Assembly: GCA_047495785.1 (NCBI GenBank)
Contig: JBLDXI010000055.1
Coordinates: 1,612,001-1,676,000, forward strand
Source of the DNA: Lepidodermella squamata
Lineage: Eukaryota; Animalia; Gastrotricha
Length of the DNA stretch: 64,000 bases
Reading direction: 5' to 3'
Made by a program: the position numbers and the translations under genes
The notes under the pieces: generated by a model
The model's input: only the letters and a program-made list of their open reading frames with translations
Databases searched by the model: none
Told to the model about the DNA's origin: nothing
Shown here: piece after piece, positions 37,828 through 50,514 of the stretch
Numbering within the stretch: the first letter of the stretch is position 1
Layout of the letters: each line of letters begins with the position of its first letter

Positions 37828-40800
37828 TCAGCCGGTGAGTACTGCCAGTTGGGCATACGGCAACAGGTTGAGAAGCGCGTCCTTCTTGTCTTCCTTGAAC
37901 ATGCCGTTGCCGTTGCCGCCACCGCCGGCTCCCTTCGTAATGAGCTGCACACGAATCGGCTGGCCCTGCTGATTTAGCAATTTGTTGTCAAGCGTGTGGA
38001 CGGCCTGCAACGCCCCGCCGAAGTCGTGGAACGTCACGACGGCCACTGCTTGTTGCGTGCCCTTGTTGTGCATTTGAACGGCAACGAAGCCAGGAAACCT
38101 AATTTTCAACGCAATAATTAATTGGCAATCCTTTACAAGCTGCGGTGGAACCTACTTGGCGAACTCATTGGTCAACTCAAGCTCGGTAGCTTTCTGGCCG
38201 ACGTTGCTGACGAAAAGCTGCGGGAAATTCGGCGGCGCCTGCTGAGCCTGGTGCTGCATTTGAACTTGAGCTTGCGGACCAGCGGGCATCAACGTTTGAA
38301 GATTGAGGAGAGTAGGTTGTAGAGTAGGACTAAGAAGCTGAGGGGCGTGTTGACCCGGATGACCAGCATGAACCTGTTCGAAAAGACGGTAATTCTAAAG
38401 AAGAAGAACGTACAAAAAACGGAATTACAATTTGTTATCTAACGATGACTCGAGCATAATAATTATCACGCGGTGATTTTCGTTATATTAATTAAAATGC
38501 AAAAATAATTATGTATAGGTAAATTGCATTATGACTCGGTAAATATCGAGTAGGCACTAAAATATATGCTCAATATGCTTTTAGATCGAGTGTTCATGTG
38601 TCGCGTTCTAAGTTTTATGAAATGTTGTTTTGTACGCACAAATCAAGAGTGGCTGTGATATCGGCATTCTGACGCATGGCTAGGATGTTTTTTGAAGTTG
38701 CGTTTTCAAGTGTTTTCATGAATTAAAAGTAGCAGCAGGATGGATGAAAACAGAATGAAAGCTTGTTGTTGTTCCAATTCCTGTGCGCTTCTTGAAACAT
38801 TGCAATTAAGGTGGGGTTTTCGATGCTTTAATTTTCTTCAAAATTAGTCGGTTTTTTTCGATAGAAAAATCTAAAAATAGCATGCCAAGTGTGTGGTGAA
38901 AGCTGATGATGGGCCTATTTGCGTCATCAATTTGTCATTTAAGCTCCGTTCAAGTTTCAGAGCGTGAAGATGTTATTACAGTAGCGATGATTTGATATAT
39001 ACGTATTGGCAGCCAATCAGACAGATGGACATATGTTAATGAGGCATGTTCGATGACGTGCCAATATTGATATATCGCAGGTGCATCATTCATAAAATAT
39101 GTAAACGCCTGATTCCACATACACGCACACACACGCACACAAAAGCACAGTGTGTATAGCACGAATGCCGTGACGTCCCAAAGAGACCTTTCGCAAGAAA
39201 ACGACCAGATTCTTTTCCAGATTCGGCCATTTTCTTCCGCTTGCGATCTCTTATCGTGGAGCGATACCTAAGAATACGCCTTGAAAACTTGGAATTAACT
39301 AGTGATTATTTTTTCATCTATCGACCATCTCCGAGAGTGCTATCTATTAAGTGTCCGTATACTTGCCATTTTTATTGCCACTAAAAATACTACTAATAAG
39401 AAAATAGTTGGCTAAGTATACGTGAAACAAGATGCACGATGTAAAGTTATCGTTGATCATGTACGAATTAATTCGTGTATTTTGAAGTGAAATAATTATT
39501 GACTGAGCAAAGCGTTACAAAATATAGCGGTTGAGACCCTAATACGGTGTTCCTGTTAAGTGTCATTGAAACTTTGCTGGATATTATTCCTTCCTAATTG
39601 TTTTTTTACGCCAGCTTCGTCGTAAAAATATACAACGTCAGCGGTGTTGAATGTGGGTGCTTTTGTTAAAAATTAGCTGCTTTTGCACTAGATTATCCCA
39701 TCATCTTAGAACGCAGTTCAAGGTGAGCATTCTCTTTCATCATTATCATCTCTAAGCATACGGAGCCAGCTTTAGAGCCAAATTTTTTTCACAATATAGA
39801 ACGACAAATTGAATATGCAAAGGTGCGATAATTGTTGTGTCATAGCTTAGACCTCCTAATTTCTCGAGCTTGCTGATGATAATAATGAAATGCAAATGCT
39901 ACCCTTGCTTTTGGGAGTCACAGCAACAACAATGATAATTGAATTGATGATAATAATGTAAGGTGCAAAGGTCGTTGCCATGTATCACAAAATCAAGGGG
40001 GTTGATCGTATATAAGAGGCGGCGTCAATTAGTCGTCACTATACCTGAGGAGGATGAACACAGTTTGGGTTGTCTCCTCTTATCAAGGATGCCACAGCTG
40101 TTTGGGATCAACAGAGATAGTAGTATAATTTGAGATACAACAACAACAAGGTTAGTAAAATCAACGGGCGATTTTCTGATAGGTTCAAAATTCTTTGAAG
40201 CGGCACGGTAGGTATATTAACTTAAACCTTGAATAAAGGATTCAAATAATGATGAAAAAAACGGAAAGTTCGCACCATGGTGTTTGCTGACTTTTGTGTG
40301 TCGATTTAGATGTTGTGTCTTATTTAATAACTAGTAACTAACTGACATTTTGAAAGCAGCATACCTGCTGAAGCGCTGCTAGCGCTGAGTGATGATGCAG
40401 CAGGGTAGGGAAGGCAGGTGCCAGTTCAAAACCAGCTGTAGCACCAGGGCCAGCAGCTAAATGCGCCAAGCCTTCGGTTGTCAGGAGAGGGAAACCTTCG
40501 GCTGGAAAAAGTGAGAGGGGCATCTAATTAATAAACTGAAACCAAAAATGAAAGAATAAACTAACGAGTGAACTGAATAAGCGGGGTGGTGTTAGCGTTT
40601 TGCTTCGGTTTTTGAACCTTTGTGTTGCTCTTCGCAAATTCGAGGCGGAGAGTCGTCGGCAACTCGGGGTCGAATTTGATTCCTTGGAGCTGCTCCTTCG
40701 CGAACTCGGCATCTTTTCGAGTTGCGAATGTAACAAAACCGACCGGCTGTAAATCAAAACAACAGGTAATTGATGGGGAAAAAAGCAAAACAAAATAAAT

Positions 40801-43520
40801 CAAATTGAAGATTACGAAACTCAAAATTGTTGAAGAATTAAATAATTTCAATCTTATCAATCAAACTCACAGAAGTTTGTTTGCCATTTTTAGCAGGATT
40901 GTTCAATTTCAGCAGTGAACTTTCATATCCCTGTAAGCGTTGATGGCGATGATGGCGAATGATGAAGATGATGATGATGATGAATGTCGAGCAGCATCAG
41001 CAGGTGATGAGATGAAAATTGACGTGAGAAAACATAAAATAAAAATTTCAGACAGTGAATAACATGCAAATTAGATTATAGTAAGAAATCACATGCATTT
41101 TTGTATATGTTTAATTCGTTGATTTCCCGTAATTTTACTCATGCGTAACGCCTATTAGACTTACAGCAGCGGGAACTTTCAGTTTGGTCATAAATTTGAG
41201 TTGGCAGTTGACAAACGCCTGCTCATTCCGCAAGTGATTATAATTTTTTCAAGTAATTGAATCAGCATGACATGACACCAAGCTTCGGTAACGTGCTTAG
41301 CATTAGCCGCAAAAAACGCCACGTAATTCATGTTAATGCCAGCTTAATTTAAATCCTCTTGGCATCAGTCATAGGTATCAAATCTCTTGCGGTTAAATTT
41401 ATATTTCTCCGTATTTGTTTCAATTTTTTGGCTGGCAGCCCAGGTGTAGTGACAAACCTTGCACTGACGAAATAATAGGTACAGCTCGCGAGGTTTCGTG
41501 TCCATCGGCAAACCGCTGACGAAGAGAGTTCGCACCTGAAATTAAAAGATAAACACTTATCCACTGGATTTGACACATTTTCTCGTCAATTTTCATCCTT
41601 TTTCTTCAAATGAATTTTGCCGCAATTCTTAACGGCGATTCTCAAGATCACGCGATTGCTCATGAAAATAATAATAAACAATATTCCCAAATGATCACTC
41701 TTATTAATTTCAATTACAGCGTTGCAGAGGCAATTCGGAGGCCCGTCTAGAGGTAAGCCGAGAGCTTTCAGGACTATCATCAGCCAAATTACCATCACAC
41801 CATCTTCGCGTCCTCGCGTTCGCGTGCCTGCGATTGGCGCGTCGATGATCTACCTAGATCGATCGATCGCGGGCGCGTACAGCCAGCCGCCTACTTGAGG
41901 CGAATGCATCGATCGCAGGCAGGCAGGCAATATTACACCCGTCCCATCCGGCTAATTACGAACACGCAAAGGACGGGCATTTATACGATATGATAGCTGA
42001 GCGGTGATTGCGGCTGATGTGAGAGCGCCATGCGCCAATCGAAATCAGCTCTACGGCTAAATGCGAGAGAGGCGCAGGAGAAAATCCCTCGTCAGTCAGC
42101 GCTCGCGTTGAGCTCGAGGTGTACTGCGCGCAGACATATATATATTTTCATTCAGCCAGATAATTATACGCTGAATCTGAATTCGACATTGGCGCCGGCT
42201 AAGCGATGTCCTAATGCGATCACTCGCGGTGTCGCGGCCATGTGCCGAGTGTCGCAGCAGCGGAAAAGCCACGTGTGAGATTTGATTGAAAATCGTGACA
42301 GCTCACGACGCACATTATAGGCTTCCCGAGTAATATTATTTCGACGCCGCGTTCGATAATAGCCGCGCCCAATCGAAGAAAACAGGAAGCGCCGACGGGG
42401 TCACACATTCGGTTGGTCGCACGCGCGGGCGCGCTGGCCAAGAAGCCACTTGGCAACGCGACGCAGGAAATTGAAAATCTTTGTTCAAAACAATGGCAAA
42501 CCTGGGCCACCCTTCAACGGCTCTTGAAGCCGTAGAGGTGTGGAGCGCGCACACACACCTGCCGCGCAATTAACATGAGCGCTGATGCTTTTCGAATGCA
42601 ACCAGCGTCCGGTTCCGCTGGCCTGGTTGCAGCCGCACCTTTCAAGTATCGCGATAATTCTAATTAACTAATTCCCAGCCGAGCGTCTTTTGTAGTTCGA
42701 GTTCTCATGCTGCGGCTCGTGTTGAAATCAATTAAACAAGGCCACCATCCGAAAAATCCAACTGCGGGCGATATAGTGCGTTGTTTTCAATCGTCTAATA
42801 ATTTGCAATGCGCGATACGATAATGGTAGAAACATAATTTCGGCCAGTGGCAATCGCCGAAAAATGCGATTACGAAAGCTCGCACATGATATACACAGGA
42901 CATGACAAGATATGAGATGACACGTCGCGCGCGGCGTGGCCTAAGCTGCCTTCAATAAAAGCCGCCTGTGCCGGCGGGTCAGACGAGCGAGCAGTGGATG
43001 GGCCGGTTGAAAAGAATTTCGATGCTCAATTTCTTATTATTTATTGCTAATCGCGCGCATTGAATTGATCAATGAATGCATGAATGAAAGGGCTGGGTTG
43101 AAACGAACTAGCGAAGCATGTTCGTCGCGCCGTCCGAATAGTCAAGGTGAATGCGATGCCGCGCGCAATACACGATTTTATACCCGGATTGAACCCGCCT
43201 CGAAAGCTCTCCACATGATTACCCCCAAAGTTGAATAAAATGAGTTGAGCGATGAGAAAGAAAAACGAAAAAAATTAACTAACCTCGTGCGAATCTTCCT
43301 CGGCGGCTGCGTTGACGGCTTCCATCGACTGTGAGAGTGCGAGAGACGCCTCGCCTAACGGGCCGCTTAGTTGCGCCTGTTTGCTCGGCGTGCCACCGGT
43401 GCTGCTGCCGCTGGCACATGCCGTCGGCGAAGAGTTTGCCGAAGCGTTCGAGGTTGCGGCTGCCGAGGGTACTCCGCTGTTGCCTGTTGCTACCATGATA
43501 ACGCCGGACGGAGAAGACAT
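37828..43520 (-). CDS. cpo: couch potato / MEC-8 / RBPMS-family two-RRM protein (7 coding exons: to 43284, 41535-41458, 40930-40871, 40746-40567, 40501-40365, ~38373-38156, ~38098-37828)
   Basis: LSQSMEAVN...[39 protein letters not shown]...[25 protein letters not shown], and a second [11 protein letters not shown]...FPGF...VAVVTFHD...IRVQL. The start given is the first in-frame ATG. Confidence 0.92.
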
Positions 43521-44120
43521 GAACAGTTGCTTGGGTTCGGTGCTAAAACAATACGAGGAAGAGGCCGAAGAAGTTGATGCTAGGGTTGACGAGGATGTGT
43601 TGACGGTGGGTGCTGAGGATGGGTGCCAAGACGGTGTGTCGGAGGTGCTAGTGTCCAACGCTCGCTTGCGAATCAAAACGCTCGAGTCCAGTTATGCGAC
43701 GCTAAGAAGAACCGTTTTCACACACGTTGGGAAGCTGAAGCTGTCGCGAGAGCTGCTGAGCAGTTGGAGCTAATAATACCGACCGACAATCACTCAACGA
43801 CAAATTTCACTCAGAAAATCTAGAAGAAATCGTAAAAAAAGTCAGACAATTTTTAAGATGGAGTAATCCGGTCGCGCTGGTGGATAGCACGGCAGTAAAA
43901 TATGGTAATGCGGTGTAACTGTAAGCCAGATGAACACGATATGTTATGGGGACGCCTGCGCAGAGCAGACGACTGCGACGAGCGATGTGTGAAGAAGACG
44001 CGCAGCATTGCGAATACTCTGACGGCCATTCATCCTCCAGTTTTCTTGGTTCAGGTGTATCTACTCTGCGCGCAGTGGCTAGCATAAACTTTACGCGCTC
44101 GCTTGCTAACAATAACATTC

Positions 44121-44151
44121 ATGATAATGATAATAATAATAATAATAATAA
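44121..44151. repeat. (AAT)n/(GAT) microsatellite
   Basis: ATGATAATGATAATAATAATAATAATAATAA read directly from the sequence. Confidence 0.85.
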
Positions 44152-44536
44152 AAGTTTAAATATAGGTTGTCCGAGGAGCGCGTGCACCAAGTTCTTGGGC
44201 AACGCTCGCTGAGCAAATGGGCGATGAATGCTGCGGTTTAGCGCCGTTGTAACCGTACGGCGGCAATAAACTCGCCAAGCAGAACCACCGGGCGACGAAC
44301 AAAGCCACTGCTACCTGGGTATTTAGATAATAAAGGTTAATTTATTGTCTTGCAGTAGCGAGCTTCGCTGGCCACAAATGCCCAGCGATGTGCCGAGTAA
44401 CATGGTGAAAGTTTGAATGCTACGTGAATGCCATGCGCTTCGTCGCCTTTAGAGTCGCCTGTGAAGAAGCTTCTTCTTTGACAGCAGCCTATACGACTGT
44501 TGCACATTAGCCTATTCTATTTTGTACAAAATTTTA

Positions 44537-44673
44537 TTATATAAATAAATATAGCCGTAGTAAATACGAGCGCGCTATACGTCTAATATACAGAGGCGCC
44601 GTGCCGCCGCCGTGCTGCCTGTGCGCAAGTAGATTTAATTGAGTATGACGTCAGCGCCTGAGCTGACCAATCA
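44537..44673 (-). promoter_or_regulatory. Candidate cpo core promoter (CCAAT box, CRE, TATA-like)
   Basis: TGACCAATCAG (CCAAT at 44667-44671), TGACGTCA (44646-44653) and minus-strand TATATAA at 44543-44537, in the order expected for minus-strand transcription. Confidence 0.4.
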
Positions 44674-47344
44674 GCGCGCGAGGCGACGGCTCACTCATCG
44701 AAATCTGCCTATACGCATGTGTTTTCTACAAAATCTCATGCGCTCAGTACTGCTGCGACGGCGACAACGACGAAAACGACAGCGTCGACTACTACACTAC
44801 TATGTTGCCCTAGTATAATGCGATAAGAGTAACTCAGCGAGGGCGACAAAATTAGAGAAATAATAGTAGCGAAAGGGAAGGATGTAAAACAAAATCAGAT
44901 GTAATAATAACATTACAAAGGTCTTTGCCGTCGCGAAACCAGTGCCCATCGCAGTTGCGGATCATTGGGTTATTGATGGGATTTTGCGCAGAAAACACCG
45001 TATAAAGAAAGGAAGAAAGCTTTTTTCAAATGAAGTGTAACTAACAAAAATAATTTTAAGCAGCGGCGATATAGTTACTAACCCCTTGCCTAGTTATTAA
45101 CCACAATGGTCATCGTGTTGGAGATGGCAACCGTTATCATTAGGCATAATGAGCGCTCAGGTATATAACCATGATGTCGCGTTATATGGCACGCAAAAAC
45201 GCCACAGGCCGTAATTATAGAGCCAAGGAAACGAGAATCTATCATGTCCGAAAGAGTTCAGAGCTCAGTCGTCACCTCTCGCGCTCTACTTACGAACGTG
45301 AGTGATAGCGATCGTGGTCCCAAGGGGTTATAAAATCGTCGGCAAGGCAATTCTGCTTACAGCTGAGCGAGGGTCACCGGCAGATGACCACCGCACTCTT
45401 ATATTGCTGTTGAATTCATCTTAATCATCACCGCGCGCGCTGCCACCATAAAAAGAGAGCTTGCAAAGGTGTTTGACGCACACGCACATAGCCGTGCACG
45501 CACATGCATGTAGCCAACGCAGTCAAAGTGGCCAACGCAGATGTAGAATTAGTAATAAGATGTATACGGCGCGAGAAAATTTTACCGAAACTGGACTTCT
45601 CAGTAATAAAATGAGTAAGTCTACTTACCACAACGTCTAGGAAAGAAAAAGTCGAGTCGAGAATAATACACAAAGGCAAACAGTGTTAGCAGGTGGGAAG
45701 GTCAAACAGCGAAGCGTTACACACAAAAGGCAAGAACAAAACAGCGAGAGAACAACCAGCAAGTGTGGCGGCTTTTTTCTGTTTGAAGCGCTGAAACGGC
45801 GCACCTTAATGCGCGACAAGAGACAGCCGCTAATCGGCTGCGTTCGCTCAGGTCGAAAGAGCCGAGCGGATCATCCCATGGCGAGTGGGACCGGCGCGTA
45901 TCGAAAAGCAGATTACTCGCATCATCATTATAGCTGTATCTATTTCTTTGAAACTGCACGCAGTAGCGCAGATTAAGCGAAAGGATTAGAAGCGAAGCGA
46001 GTCATGCCACGGCCATCACAAAGCCAGCAATTATTTGTTGTTTGATGTTGTGATGATATCTGCTTAATAATTGCAGATTTTAGAAACCTATCCCAAAATC
46101 GTGGTTGTCAACCGTGATTTTTGGGGCAGAATTGGCACCATATAGTGGCGAATTCAACTCACTTATATGAAGCGAAGACCACGGTCCTAATGTAGAAAAG
46201 GGGTGCGATTTTTTTCGTAGTCGTTGTCGTCTTGAAAATGGCGTCGTTCGCAGAAATCGCAGAACTTTAGACTATTTGGCAGCCAGCGTCCGATTTTTTG
46301 CCTCTTAGGTAGTGCTGTTCAGCTATGACAATGGTCGAAAAATAATGAAGAAACAAATAATAATATCAGCGAACGACGGACGATGTCCTAATTACTGTCG
46401 GCCAATTGGACCACTGCGTCGGCGTGCGACGATGTGATATATCTGTCATAAACATTACGCGTATATTGTTAATGTGATATATATTGTAAACCCTCAAATT
46501 AACCTAGAGATAGGCCGCCAATCGTCAACTGTCAGCAGTGTGTCAGGGCTTTGTCAACTCGGGTGGCCTGCTCTTTGGTAATATTTACGATAAATCTCTA
46601 CAATTTACTGACAGATAAATCGGGGGCGCGTCCAAGTATTTGACCGAAACCTGAACAGCATGACCCGAAGGTTGGACATCGTCACTAGGGAAATAATTGA
46701 GGCTCATCATCTGAAAAAGCAGGCAGTGATTACAGGTTATTTTTTGCTTATCGATTACGGACAAGAGTAAATACTGCACCAGCGAACTCCGTTCATGATC
46801 CGAGGCTTTATTAATGATTCGAAAGCCAAATTTGCCTCTACTGATTCCTGGTGGCGCTGTTGTGAACAAGAAAAACAGGCGGTAATATAACACTCGAATC
46901 ATCAATAAGGAAAATATTTTCACGATGCAATAAACAGCCGGGTATATTGAGCGAAAGAGCCTTGAACATATCAATCGCTAGCATCAATGGCCGGTGTATT
47001 AACACCGCCTATGCAAGCGAGTAATCATAATATTTAGCCAGCTTAATATCATAATTTATCATCTTTACTCAAGGGGCTCCATAAAAATCGCTCCACGGTA
47101 CCATAAATAGCAGCTCCATCAGTATCGGTCAATTCTTATAGCAGCGATTTATTGCAGTCAGCAAGGTGGGTGTATATTAGGAAAACAACATAAAACATAT
47201 CCTGTTGTAATCACCGCAGAGATTTTATTACGAAGAATAAAATTTGTCGTCGCTATTCAACGCGGAAACATCAAATTTGAAAAAGCTAGTACAACTTCCA
47301 GATATGTATATAAATTGAGATGAAAAGCTAGGTATAAATTATCA

Positions 47345-49743
47345 TCATCGTCGAGTGGGTTTGTCGTTGTAGCTGACCGATTTGCCTCCTTGATGATTTA
47401 CCGGACCGTTACCGCGTGCCGGGGGGCTAATCGCTCGCAAGTCGCCATTTTTTTGTTGATGCAACCGCGATTGATGTTTCTCGGCGGCTTCACGGTTTCG
47501 CTCAGCGGCTCGAGTTTCACCAATGCCGTCACTTAGAAACAAGTACTTTTCGAGGATATCCCGCCTTCGGTTGTAGTTGTTCATCAGCGTGTTGAGTTCG
47601 CGCTGCATTTTGGCCAATTCATCCCGCCGCTCGCTGATCTCAGTCTCCGCCGATGTTAGCTTCTGTTGACACGTGTCTAAAAATCTGACGAAAGTAGGCC
47701 GCACTGCTAGCTCGGCTAGATAGTCGCCGCTCGTGATTTCAAACTGATAGGCTACGAGTCGAAGATTTCGAAATGACTTGGCCACCTGAGCGCGAACTCG
47801 CTCCATTTCCTCACTGATGTCCATCGTTACTTCACGGTGCTTTTCCATTTGTTTTTGCTGCTTGACAGCACGGCGCCTCGACCAATATGGCGTTTCACTT
47901 TCCAGTTCGTTAACTCTATCTTCCAGCTTTTGATGTCGCTCCAACTTCTCCTTTTTCAACGACGCTAGGTTTTCGTAGTCTGCAGCTAAGCGATTGAACC
48001 TGTCATCCCGTGCGAGCAGGTCGTCAAGATCTCTTTGATGGGGCAATGTGCGTTTGTCAGCACCCGCGAGCTCGTCCGACAATTTGTTGACGCGATTACG
48101 AAGCTCGGAAATTTTTGCCAAAGTCTCTTCTCGTTCGACCATTTGGTCAGGGTTCGCTGGAAATAGTTTGTTACCCGCAGTCCACCAAAGCGTGCAGAGT
48201 TCGACCGCTTTGCGAGCTTTCACATACAGATCAGGCATTAGGCGCAGAATTGGTTCAAACGCCGGATAGTTGTTAAATTGATCTGTAATAAAGTCATTAA
48301 AGCCCTACTAAAATATGACCTGAGATATTACTAACCCATATTTTCCGAACTTTCCGGTTCGAAATCTTCGGGCGAGAAATTTCCGTTATCATCCAGCAGT
48401 GCCTCCCACCGTCGATCGAGGTTGAACAAGTGGTCGACTGCGTAGGACAGCTTTCGCTTCTCCGACCAGCTGTTCAACGCCTTGTAGTTTCCCATGAGGT
48501 ATTCCTTACGGTTGAGAATGTAATCACTCTCAACGAGTTCTCCGTGTTTTTTGCGTAGCTTAGCACCCGTTCTTCCCGCTTTGGCCAAGGCATCAACCTG
48601 CTCCTGATAGCCGTCTTCCATGTTCGCCAAGTCATCGAATTCATCGTAATAATATTGATACAGCGGGCAATATATTTTCTGGCAAAAATTTTGACGAAGC
48701 TTCTTTTGATGGTTAATTTCACTGAAATTGAAAGATGGTTCATCAGCCTCTACCAAAATGCTCAAAAGTACACATACCTTAGAAAGTTCTCGAAAAACGC
48801 TTTCGTTTTGCGATCATTATCGCGCAAGTAACCGGTAACTTTTTGAGCATCCGAAACACGTTCTTCAAACAAATCTTTTAAACGGCCCAGCTTCAGCATG
48901 TTTTTAGTCTGTTGTAACCAAAGCACGTCAATAAAGTTGTACCTAATCATTTACATATACTTACATGAGGAGCGTCGTTGACGATAGCCAGTAATATTGC
49001 GTGAAATTTTGCCGGACTGTACGAAAAATGAGCTTCCATTTCATCTATGATTCGTTGGAAAGCTGACAACTGCCGATGAATGGCATCGTTTTGCTGAATT
49101 CGAGGTAGCCGGCTCATCACTGCTGGATCGGTCTGGTTAACATAAAAGGAAAACACAATTTTCAAAATTTTCACTATTTTTTAAGGCATTTTACATATGA
49201 TTCGCGAAGAAGTTGCATAACGTTGTCAGCTATGTGTTCACCAGGCCTCCCAACCAGAAGATTTTGTACCGAGTTGGTCGGCAAACTCTGCCCAGCCATC
49301 AACGCAGTTGTATTTTGTTTCGAATGCGCAACATCCGACCTTGAAACAGGCGCGTCAACTATTTGCGCATTTTTCGTCGAACCTTTTGGATTAGCGTTGT
49401 TCGGATTCTTCAAGTTGCTTTTTTTGACCGGGGCAGCTTGTTGATTCGGAGCAACGCCAGGCTTACTTTGGTTGTTATCAGCACGCTGCTTCATAGGGAC
49501 AGGAATGCGACTAGGAGGTGGCTGTCTATCGTTCTGATATTCGTTCCTATTAGCATCGTGTTGATTATTTTGTCGATGATTTTGCCCGTTAACTTGATCA
49601 TTATAATTATTGCTGCCGTAATTTTGCGCCTTCACATCTCTTGAAGTTTGCGGCTGATTACGATTTGATTGAAAATGGCCTTGCTGCTGTTGATTGGGAA
49701 CGTGTTGCTGTTGCTGCTGCTGCCGTCTGTCAGCATTCGGCAT
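47345..49743 (-). CDS. Uncharacterised ~720-aa protein: Q/N-rich N-terminus and long C-terminal coiled coil (5 exons)
   Basis: Five consecutive minus-strand ORFs are joined in frame by ~55-nt GT-AG introns. The last exon is rich in E/K/R/L heptads. No family recognised. Confidence 0.75.
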
Positions 49744-50514
49744 ACCGAAATTCGGATTTACAGCCTAGAGTGGCAGTCTGCCTATAAAAATTCCAGGTAG
49801 GTAAGTAGCTGTATCGCTGATGTTGCTAGCCTATCAACAGCGGATGTTTCAAGAGACGTATGCGTTTCAAATTGAATTTTTGGCGCTACCTATATAGTGC
49901 GCTGTAATAACGTGGTGACAAAAGGCATCCGCTTGTTTTTACTAAGCAGTTAGTTCTTTCCTACAGTAGGTAGTGGTATCCAAGCAAATTACGATATTTT
50001 GCAATCGATTAGCCAAGAGCACCTATGCGCGATTACTGCATATAAAAATATGCGGCGGTGTAAAAAAAAAATAGGCGCCGCGACCTTAAGCTGGATTATT
50101 TAGCAGTAATGCATAGATGAGTTATTTTATCCGCTATTGTAGCAAGTAATCACTTCGATATCTTTCCACTCCTACGGATCAAACCACTTGCTGTCATTAA
50201 ATATAGGTACCAGGCACGAGACATTGCAGGCAAATAATAAAATGGCTCGAACGTTGACAGCCAAATGACTTCGAACCTTAAGCTTGGGTTTATTTTGAAT
50301 CGCATGCGAGTTTGAGGGAAACTAATTCCGATTAAATTCAAATGAGCAATAGCGGATCAAAGGACTTAACTAGAAGGCAAAGTAACTCAACAGTACTTGA
50401 CCCAAATAAAATAGTATTATTATACCTAAAATGTATTAATAAAAACTCTGTCTTAAAAAATAGCTCAAGATAATCCAATTCTCAGCCTGACACGGTTCCA
50501 GGGCAAACCCTGCC

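Noticed and set aside
43312-43773. 153-aa plus-strand ORF
   Set aside because: Antisense shadow of the Ser/Ala-rich first cpo exon.
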